DNA of 63,558 bases, the filler included, from Cercozoa sp. M6MM (lineage: Eukaryota; Protista; Endomyxa: Ascetosporea): assembly GCA_040357565.1 (NCBI GenBank). It is 11 parts of 11 records of this genome, joined end to end, with 100 filler letters (N's around TTAATTAATTAA, not from the genome) between each part and the next. Parts side by side here need not be neighbours in the genome. Positions count along the whole stretch, not along the records: positions 52,608 to 58,203 come from JBDODJ010000878.1; positions 58,304 to 59,951 come from JBDODJ010001964.1; positions 60,052 to 61,442 come from JBDODJ010002045.1; positions 61,543 to 63,558 come from JBDODJ010001862.1; 7 more parts are not named here. One strand, given 5' to 3'. Each line of letters begins with the position of its first letter. The stretch's first letter is position 1. A program made the position numbers and the translations under genes. This document shows positions 53,976 to 63,558 of the stretch, one piece after another. The notes below the pieces were generated by a model, which saw nothing but the letters and a program-made list of their open reading frames with translations, was not told where the DNA came from and did no database searches.

Positions 53976-56900
53976 ATGACGTTCTCGATTATTATTTCGG
54001 GTTCCGATGGCGATCGTTCCTTCGACGTGAATTGTGTCCTAGTTCTCAAGAAGGTGCTTAACTGACTGGAAGTTGTTTGTGCAGACTTCAGCGGTGCTGC
54101 CGCAGCAGGCAGGTGCCGTCATGGTCGAAAGCGTCTGCGTCGACACCGAAAGCGACACCGAGATCGACGAAATCGCGAGCGACGTCTCCGAAGAAGCCAT
54201 CGTACACGAAAGCGACGAAGCGAAAGCGCTGGAGAGCCGAGACGAAGCTGATGACAGCTTGTGCGACTTTGACCTGAGCGAGCTCGATCACTCGGCCATT
54301 GTGATGCTTCGCATGCTCGTTCTGCAGCGACAGCGTCTCGCGCAGCTTCTTGGTGTGTTCAAGCTTCTCCGCACCTTTTAATTGTGAATTTGCTTGAAAG
54401 CCTTTCCTTTCACGCTTTTTTTCAGCTCTCTTTGTTTGCTTTTGAGCTTTCCAGCTGTATATTTAATAAGAATATTTTAAAAAGAATGCTCAAGGTTATT
54501 TGCTGGGTTGAGCAGCAGTCAATCGAAGCACGTGTGAGCAGAGGCCGCACGACGAACGGCGTCGCCGCTCGCTGCGGCAGTTTCACGCGAAACTCGCACT
54601 CAAGCAGAGCACCGAAGACGCCGTTAGCGACGACGAAAGTATCATTTTTTTCTTTTGTCGTTTTGTCTTTGTTTTGAAAGCTCAGCTGTGTTGTTGCAAC
54701 AGGCGTTACAGTAGATCTGGCGACGAAACGCGTCGCGCAAAGCTCGCACGAAACCAAACACGAAACCAAACATGGAACGAAGCAAAACACGAAGCTTAAA
54801 ACAAAGAACGAAGCAAAGCAAAATACAAAGCACGAAACCGAACTGGACACGAAGCGAGCACCGGCAGTTCGAGTTGTGACGTCACCGAAACGTAGTGGCG
54901 AGCCCACGTTCTTCCCGTCGCCGATGCAGTCAACACACGACTGCTCACAGTCGAAACTGGCGTGCTCCACGATCGACGAGAACAAGGAGCACGTGCCCTC
55001 AGAAGACGGACTCAGGATCGACACACAGGCCGAAATGGACCATACACTGACTCCCACGCAGCAGCCACTCAGTGTCGAACGGCTCAGTGGCTTCCTCTGG
55101 AAGAAGAATCCCGGTGGTGTGCGCAAGTTGCGAACTTGGTATTGCGTATTTCCTGCCATCCGCGCGGAAGCCTGCTAGTTTTTCAGCACGCTCGTCTGAT
55201 AGCACTCAAATTCGTGCTCTGATTGTGCAGGAAACGGCGGTGGCTTTCGCTCAGCAACGGTTGTCTGCGATATTCGGTATTTCCTGTGCTTCCGCGCGGA
55301 AGTTCCGATCTGTTCTGTTTGCAATATTTTCTGTTTGCGCTGTTTAGATTGAAACTCGCGGTGTACGACGCGTGCGAGGCGTGATTCCGCTTTCACAGGT
55401 GGTCAGTGTTCGTACCCATGGGCCACAGAAGCGTCCGCGCGGATGTCGTTTTGACGTGCTGTGCACTTCTGCGCGCTTGTACGAGTTCCGCACAGCCACG
55501 GTGAGCTTGAGATTATATCTTTTGATTGATTGGGTGTTTTGGTGTTTCTTGCCTCGATCTGTGTTCTCTGCATTAGGAGGAAGATTGCACCAGATGGGTC
55601 AGCATGCTGAAGCAACTCGAGCACCGTTTCGCTTCCTCCACTGGTACAAATTTACAGACTGGTTCGTTGGGACACTCACTTGCAAAATAAATCAGATTTG
55701 GTGCAACGCGCGCAAAATCTCGACGACTCGCAGTACGTCGCGCCGAGACGAAGCGTCCGCACTGCCTGATTTCGAGTCTGGGCCCAGCCGAGACGGATTT
55801 CGAATTACACACTCGCGGCTTTTCCAACAATAGTTTGCGTTGCCGTGGCTTTTCGCCTTAGACAGTTCAGTCTACAAGCAAAGAAACCAACGTAGCTTCC
55901 CTGAGCCTCCAGACCCGGGTGGGGAGTTCACAATATATAGAGCAGTGGTATATATAGAGCAGTGGTGGTGCGCCTGCGTGTGCTGTAGCTACAGACATCA
56001 GATAGCTACCGCAGTTGCGCCGATCTAGTCGTCTAGGTCAGACCAAGATCAGAATCAATGGAGTTTCCTCAAGACACGTCATGTGATGCCTTGGTACCAA
56101 GGGGTGCTGGCTGCCTGTGTTGTGTTTTGAAGACTAAGCGGTGCTTTTTTGGGACAGGAGCGTGCGCGTGCCAGAGTGCTGCGGGACGCGTCGGTGGTGA
56201 CGCCGGAGTTTGTGCAGTCGGTGCTTCGCGCTCAGCCGCCTCGTCTCGCGCTCTACTACGTCGGTGGCTTTACCCCCTTTTACTCCCCTTACAACATAAG
56301 CATACACGCATACATACATACATACATACACATACATGCATACATGCATACATATATACATACATACATACATACATNNNNNNNNNNTACATACATACAT
56401 ACATACATACATACATACATACATACATACATACTACATACATACATACATACATACAAGATATACAGACATAGATATGTGTAAATAATCCTGCAGACGC
56501 AGTGGACAAGCGACAGTGCAGAGAAGCAGAAGCCACACTGCGCGCGCAGGTGGACCTTCTGGAGACCTGTCTTGCCGTGTTTCCGACCGACTCGTTGACC
56601 TCGTCGCTGCAGTTCTCGGTGGCCTTTATGGTAGGCACCTAGTTGGGGGGTAAGGTGGGTACAATGGGGTAAAGGGGGGTAAAGATTGTGTGCCTTGTTA
56701 GATGCGAAGCTCCGGCGACGTGGCACGTGCCGTGATGAGACTGCCCGACGTCTGGCAGTGCGTGCGACGACACGTGTATCCGGAACTGGCGCAGTACCTG
56801 TACAGTGTCTGTACGGTGTCTGTACAGTGTCTGTACTGTGTGTGTACCTGTACTGTGTACCTGTACCCTATGTTGTACTGTATGTTTGTATATGTGTATG

Positions 56901-58102
56901 TGTACTCAGTGAGTGGTGCTGTCGCGACTCGCTGAGAGTCGTGGTGCCTGTGCTACTGGAAGAAGGCATGCCGGGTACTTTGTGTATGTATATACCTACT
57001 AGGGCAGATACAGATATACAGTATAAATATAAATATATATATATGTATGAGTGTATTTTTGTGTGAGTATGCGAGTATGGATCGAGACATGTACGTACAC
57101 AATGTAACTGCAGAGACAGAGACGGTACTGTCACGTTTCTTGAGTCGCCTGGTGCGACTGGAGCGACCGCACGCGTGTCTGGACCTGCTGCACCTGGGCG
57201 TGTCTGTGCCACACCACCAGCAGGAGCAGTCCCTTCTGCAGCTGCTGTCTAGGTTTGTAGCCACCGAGGCTGTACCTCTGTACCGTCTACTACTGGACAC
57301 TGTGCCCGGCATGAACGACGATGTGGTACCCTATCTGATTATCTATATATATATATATATATATACATACATATACATGTATGTATATGTAGTTATATGT
57401 ACGTATATGCAGGCCCTGCTGTGTGCTTCCTACCTGTGCACGAGTGAGCGAGCCATGCGTCTACTGATAGTCACTGCGGATGATACCGATGATACCACTG
57501 TCAGTCAACACCGTCGCAGTGAGCACGTGCACCGTCCGATCACTCTGGGTCGGAACAGCCTCGAAAGTGTCGGCATCGCACTGCACGGCGTCTACTCCAG
57601 CGGTCGCAGTGTGGCACTCCAGGTACCTTGGTCCCTTCTGACTGAGTGACCATCTGACTGAGTGACCACTTGAATGACCACCTGACTGAGTGACCCCATG
57701 ACTGACCACGTGGCAGACACTGGAGCACGTGGCCAATGTGCCAGTCGAGAGTGAGGCAGGTTTTGGCCCTCCCGAACGGCAGACCGAGAAGCTGCGGCAG
57801 CACCTGTCAGGCACACTCAGCGCCGCCGCCGGTCACACCATCGCTGCCCTGCGTGTTGGTACTTTTTGACCTTCCACGCGAATGTAGATGCCGTTTTCTT
57901 AATGTACACAAGTGTCTCAGACGACCCGGACGACGCAGGTCACCGTGAGTACCTGTGCGTCCAGGCAGAGTTGCACTACCTCGTCTCGTGTACTATCCCT
58001 GCCTGCCTTGTTTATGCGTGTATCTACTACCTTGGTGTAGTGCCCAGGATTGGTGTGGACTGGTCGGGTCTGCACACGGTGCTGCAGGTCGTGTGGGAAA
58101 AG
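53976..58102 (+). CDS. PH-domain protein with acidic/low-complexity N-terminus and helical C-terminal region, 3' truncated
   Basis: LSGFLWKKNPGG..WKRRWLSL..LRY..RGVIPLSQV..FDV..RLYEFRTATEEDCTRWVSML is a complete PH signature. A 12-bp repeat at about 54745-54855 encodes HETK-like units. Confidence 0.75.
57638..57712 (+). repeat. Intronic array of CTGACTGAGTGACCA-like units
   Basis: About 4-5 degenerate copies. The reverse complement CACTCAGTCAG recurs at 59255-59300 and 59420-59485 in a minus-strand gene. Confidence 0.8.
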
Positions 58103-58112
58103 GTACTTCCCC

Positions 58113-58176
<64 letters not shown>

Positions 58177-58349
58177 ATACTCAGATACACTTAAAAATAC
58201 ACANNNNNNNNNNNNNNNNNNNNNNNNNNNNNNNNNNNNNNNNNNNNTTAATTAATTAANNNNNNNNNNNNNNNNNNNNNNNNNNNNNNNNNNNNNNNNN
58301 NNNAAGGGAATGGTGGGGGTAGGGGTAGGGGGTAAAGGGGGAGGGGTAC

Positions 58350-59935
58350 AACTGCCGCAGCAGACGCAGCTTGACAAGCGGCAGATCGTCGATCATCTCG
58401 GGCATGAGCACGATACGCCAGACCTCTCGCCTGGGGGAGGGGGTAAGAGGGGTAACGGGGGGGGGGGGTAAGACTACCACAGGTGCGCATGTGCGCCGTG
58501 ATGCAGCAGCAGATCGTCGCCGGAATGGTCACCAGAGTGGTCACCGGAGTGATCACTGCCACTGGCACTGACGGTACCACTGACGGTACCACTGGGGTGG
58601 TCACCCAAGTGATCACTCCGGAGAGCACGTGACAGCGCCGACACCAGTTGCTGCGACGACGTGCGCAACGACGGTCGACCGACGGTGCGACCGATCTGAT
58701 CACAGTGATCGCACACGTGCCACAATGATCGTCCAAATGATCGTACACGTGCCACAATGATCGCACACGTGCCACAGTGATCGCACCTCGAGTTGCGCCG
58801 CACGTGAGCCACCCGCAAACGCCATGCGCAGTCCGAACGTATCCGGCCGCCGCACCGGAAATATCGCGTCCTGCGTTGCTTCCGTCCTGCCCGGGGGGGG
58901 GGGGGTAGGGAGTAAAGAGAGGGTAGGGGGTAAAGAGGGAGAGGTAGGGTAAAGAGGGGGGGTACAAATCCGCACTCGGCCGCACGAGCAGCGGATTCGC
59001 GTTTTCGTTGTTTTCGTCGTCGCTGTCGCTGTCGCTGTCGTCGTCCAGCATGCCAGCTGCGGACAAGCCTGTCCAGACACAGACACTGCGCAGTACCTGT
59101 GCAGTCCCTGTGCAATACCAGCACACAGTACCACCAGACGGCCCGGTTTGTCCGAGTTCGGCGAGCGAGTGCCACGGAGCCTCGGAGGAAGGCAACTGCA
59201 GCGGAGCCACCCACCTGTTGTCACCCACCCAGTCAGACACGTGCCAAGTCACCCGCAGTCAGTCAGTACCACGTGCCAACTGACTGATCACTCAGTCAGC
59301 ACGTGATTAGAGAGAGAAACGCACTTGGGACACGCACGGGCCTTCCAGCGCAGCCATCGCGCGTCGTCGCGTAGTGCCGTTCGCAGAGCGCACCTGCACA
59401 CGTGTCCACCCACTCTGCCAGTCACTCAGTGGGCACGTGTCCACTCAGTCAGCACGTGCCCACTCGCACGTGCCCACTCAGTCAGCGACAAGTGCTACAG
59501 TTTGCGCGACTTGATGCCGCAGTAGTGCAGTTCCTTCCAACTGTGNNNNNNNNNNNNNNNNNNNNNNNNNNNNNNNNNNNNNNNNNNNNNNNNNNNNNNN
59601 NNNNNNNNNNNNNNNNNNNNNNNNNNNNNNNNNNNNNNNNNNNNNAAAGGGAGAAAGCTACACAAGCTGGCGCAGTTCGCCGACGCGTTGCGCCAGTTCG
59701 GGCGCCTCGTAGTCGACACTGCCACTGCTGTGAGCATGTGATCGATCATATTTAGGTACCAGTGGACACGTGTGTGTATCAAGTACCGACTGCCAGTGGT
59801 GCCGCCAGTGATGGCTCCTTTGGCACCATGTGACACGAGGTCGCCACGTGCGTTCCACCGCTCCTGCAGCGTGTCGATCTGACCGACGCCGCCTTCCAGT
59901 CGCGGCAGCGGACGCCGCGCCAGTCGGTTCGCACC
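58350..59935 (-). CDS. Hypothetical protein, internal fragment with S/G/D/H low-complexity segments
   Basis: GT-AG-bounded exons, e.g. RREVWRIVLMPEMIDDLPLVKLRLLRQL. No family recognised. Confidence 0.5.
58698..58790. repeat. Intronic ~20-bp array GATCGCACACGTGCCACAAT, 3-4 copies
   Basis: Directly visible. Each unit carries the palindromes GATC and CACGTG. Confidence 0.85.
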
Positions 59936-60164
59936 TGGGGGGGGGGGGGGGNNNNNNNNNNNNNNNNNNNNNNNNNNNNNNNNNNNNNNNNNNNNTTAAT
60001 TAATTAANNNNNNNNNNNNNNNNNNNNNNNNNNNNNNNNNNNNNNNNNNNNTACCTACCTACCTACCTACCTACCTACCTACCTACCTACCTACCTACTT
60101 ACCTATCTACCTACCTACTTATCTACCTACCCATCGGCATACCCTAATCTGTTGGTACACAACA

Positions 60165-61413
60165 GGAGCTGTTCGGTGCGCTGCGTTTCTCGGACGCACT
60201 GAAGCACCTGGAGATCGCGCGCGTCGACCCGCGCGAGCTGCTGTTTCTGTTTCCGTCGGTGCGCGACACCGTCTACCTGGCCGATCACACTGATGATCGC
60301 AAGATCAGTGACGGTGATCACGCTGATCGTAGTGACGGTAGTGACGGTGACAGGAGCGATCGCAAGTGGCGCAGCGAGTTTGACTTTTTCGGTGCCTGCG
60401 GCAACCGACTGGACCTCATCATCGACGCCGGTCTGCAGCGCCTGCAGGACCAGCAGCAGCACCGGTCGCCTGGCACCGTCGCGCACGGATCGGCGACACG
60501 TGGCCGCGGCATGACCTTTGCCGAGCAGGCCGCTACGGCCATGCAGAGCTACGAGCGCTTCCGCGCGGAAGCTCTGTTCGCGCTGTGCGCCTTCCTGTGG
60601 CAGTGGCGTTACTCGCACCTCGAGGTATACCCCTCCCCCATGTGACTAGTGTAGGTGTAGATGTTGAATTGCTGTTGGGGGTGTCAGGAGGACCTGCCGC
60701 TGCAAAGCGTTGTGGACACGGCGCTGCTGCTGCTGCAGATCGAGCTGCTCGGCATGGACGCCGCGCTGCGCCAGTCACTCGACGCTGCCGACCTGCCCTC
60801 GGTGGAACGCCTGCTTTTTCCGCGCAACGCCGTTGTCGTCTCGGCCGTGCGCGAGCGCCTCATGCAGGGTTTGTTCTTGTTTTTTTACAGCGTCCGCGCG
60901 CGAAAGTTTTTTTTGTATTTTTCTGCATCCGCGCGGGAGTTTTTTCGTCCGCGCGGAAGTTTCTTTTCGTCCGCGCGGAAGTTTCTTTTCATCCGCGCGG
61001 AAGTTTCTTTTCGTGTGCGCGGCAGTTTTTTCTGCATCCGCGCGGAAGTTTTTGTTTTTGTGTAGCCAAGGAGTACTACCTGCTCTCGCAAGTGCTATCG
61101 TCGAAAGGTCTGCCGGCGGTGCTGCAGCCGGGCAGTGGCGTCAGTCAGGCGCAGGCGACGCAGTGGCTGGACGAAGCACTGTCGCTGTGGACGCAGCTTA
61201 GTGCCGGCGAACTGGTCGATGTTCATGGCGACACCAGGTAGTCCTGACCCTCCCCCTGCATTAATATGGCTACGTGGCTACGAGTATGTCTGTCTGTACG
61301 GACACAGGAGTCTGCGCGACGCGGTGGCTACGCTGTCGCAGCTCGGTGCCGAGGACGCCGACGGACTGCTCTGGAAGTACGCCGGTCGATTGTGCAGAAT
61401 CAGCGCCCAGGAG
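60165..61413 (+). CDS. VPS39/TGFBRAP1(Vps3)-like tethering subunit, internal fragment
   Basis: FSDALKHL..VDPRELLFLFP, VVDTALL, LL.PRN, EYYLLSQVLSSKG..EALSLW and LLWKYA occur in the order expected for the Vps39_1/CHCR region. Confidence 0.7.
60891..61052. repeat. Intronic ~22-bp tandem array built on TCCGCGCGGAAGTTT, about 7 copies (4 exact cores)
   Basis: Exact TCCGCGCGGA at 60948, 60970, 60992 and 61037. Variants at 60893, 60928 and about 61014. Confidence 0.95.
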
Positions 61414-61544
61414 GTAGGGAAAGGTTGAGTGTGGGGGGGGGGNNNNNNNNNNNNNNNNNNNNNNNNNNNNNNNNNNNNNNNNNNNNTTAATTAATTAANN
61501 NNNNNNNNNNNNNNNNNNNNNNNNNNNNNNNNNNNNNNNNNNGC

Positions 61545-61836
61545 ATGCGCTCTGAGTCCAAGCGGTTGCCTTGTTTTCCCCCCCCCCCCCCACCCCCTTG
61601 TTTACCCCCTATCCCCCACCCCCAGGTCATCGCTGCGCGCGCGTGCTGTGAACTTTGGCCGCCGCGTCGGTCGGCGTCTGCGTTGGCGTAGTGCTGCTTT
61701 GTGTCTGTCTTTGCCCGTGCCCCCCTTACCCGCTTACCCCCCTGGTAGGACGTGCGGCCAGTCACACCGATCTGGCACGTGTTGATACGGTAGCACACAC
61801 TCTGCCCCCCCCCCACACACACACACAGCATGCATG

Positions 61837-61886
<50 letters not shown>

Positions 61887-63420
61887 CCCTGTAATTTCCG
61901 TTGATAACACCATCTGGGTTCAACATTGGAATAACTCGAAAGATGAAATGCTGCCTCAACTTCTCGGCTTCTTTGGACAGCAGATATTCAACTGCGCCTT
62001 GGACCACAAAGCTACTGTTTGTTTCGCCTGGGTGAACTCGGCTAAAGAAATGAATGGCACGTCCTGTACGAGAAAATATTTGATTTTTACGCTGTGAGAA
62101 CGCAACAAGGACGACTCCTCAGTTCTTGAGGTGGAGCGCTAAAGTCGGTAATCGTCTGCATTTTGTTTAAAAAAATAGGTGTCATTGTATCCTTTGTGTC
62201 AAACGACGTATAAATGAACCACGCATCTTACGAGAATTTGACACGGATTTCCCGCAACTGTGTGCGTCAGAATACGGGAACGCAAACTGCTTTGCACAAA
62301 AGGAGGCAGAAAAAGGGAGAATGCACGCAGAGGTCAAGAGGGAAATAAAGGATCGGTGAAGAAGTTAGAAGTCCATAGTCAAATAAAGCCTCGGGTGCTT
62401 TAAAATACCTTCCACGCAGTGAGTACTTGTTTGTTATTCGTGCGATCCATCGCTGAAGATCAGTAAACGTGTACGGGTATCTGCAAGTGCTTGGGTAAGG
62501 CACTGACAAGGAATCACTGCGACAGTCGGAGGTAAGGATACGACATTGCGAAGTAACATGTGTCGAAGCTGTGTGTGGCCGTCCAAGTAAAGCGCAGTGT
62601 GTACTGGCTGCCAGTTCCCGTCTCTTCAGCGCGCTCACGATCTTGGGACGCAAAGTAACCTATGTCACTCCCAACACGCCTCCAACTACCTCCATTCTGT
62701 GCTTCTTTTTCGCTCAGCAACAAAGGTTTCATCCTGACAACACCCTTAGAAACGATCGATTCAATACATGTACTGTACTTTACCCACTGTTGTAGAGAGA
62801 ATCTTTTTTGGCGAAGTTAACCTGTGCGGTGTGCACGACAGTAAAATGACCACATAATAAAATTTACCATCAATTAGTATCATTTTAGAATAAGTTGAAC
62901 GAACAAAGGATTGCGCACCAAGTTAAAGATGTACGTCTTCCCTGCTTTGACGTTTTGAACTCGAAAATAGAAGAACTGTGTATGTCTTGTCGTGTTGATA
63001 TCTGCTCGAAAACCCGTCGTAAACTTATATGTTCACATCACCGAGGTTCTGAGATCGTAAACTTACGAATTTACCTGGTTGAAGATAGCAAATGTATTCG
63101 TCGCTCCAACTTCTCTGCTGTTGCTCCGACAACGACCGCCCTACCTGAAGAACGCGTCGCAAATTGCCTACAATACCAAGCGAGGTGACAAGAGGTATGA
63201 GAGCGTCGGCCGTCAAATCAAATACCGGCTTCAAACCGAGATTCAAACACGAGCGTATGATCTGTAAGAGACGATGGCTGGTAGTATGGCTCCAGGTCCA
63301 CAACTCCGCCCATGTTGTTGTCTGCCATGTTCTCCTTTGCAGTTGCAAGGACAGCATCGTACACAACCCTGGACGGCTTGGCAAATGCTTGGGTAAGCTT
63401 TCGGCTGTCGCATTTTTCAG
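61545..63420 (-). CDS. Cytosolic carboxypeptidase (CCP/AGBL/Nna1, M14D), internal fragment
   Basis: [61 protein letters not shown]. Confidence 0.93.
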
Positions 63421-63421
63421 T

Positions 63422-63558
<137 letters not shown>

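Overview
Eukaryotic (protist-type) genomic DNA. The window is not one contiguous locus. It is about 11 short contigs joined by an artificial 100-nt linker (N-run, TTAATTAATTAA, N-run), and most contigs break at microsatellites or G/C homopolymers. Genes are compact, often head-to-head, and very intron-rich (mostly 50-90 nt GT-AG introns, about one per 80-130 coding nt in the three genes I counted). The ORF track is therefore mostly noise, and I reconstructed genes by hand-splicing. Recognisable genes: NDUFS1, PP2A B55, a GT34 glycosyltransferase, a kinesin, a DAO/PuuB-like FAD oxidoreductase, VPS54, TTC26/IFT56, SEL1L/Hrd3, an EF-hand protein, a CCCH zinc-finger protein, an unusually large uS17m, DDX10/DBP4, SUCLG1, PCCB, pyroglutamyl peptidase I, a RasGEF C-terminus, a PH-domain protein, a VPS39/TGFBRAP1-like fragment and a cytosolic carboxypeptidase, plus several orphans and a decayed Tc1/mariner remnant. 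The genetic code is standard. Best leads: (1) the palindrome TCCGCGCGGA occurs 13 times across five unlinked contigs, in exons (two reading frames), introns and intergenic DNA, a HIP1-like signature in a eukaryote; (2) a ~500-aa uS17m fused to an RRM-like domain and a helical tail, head-to-head with a putatively mitochondrial CCCH protein; (3) a head-to-head SUCLG1-PCCB pair from one pathway; (4) introns inflated by tandem repeats resembling splice signals, and 5' splice sites depleted of +4A and +5G. All family assignments come from motif recognition, not database searches.
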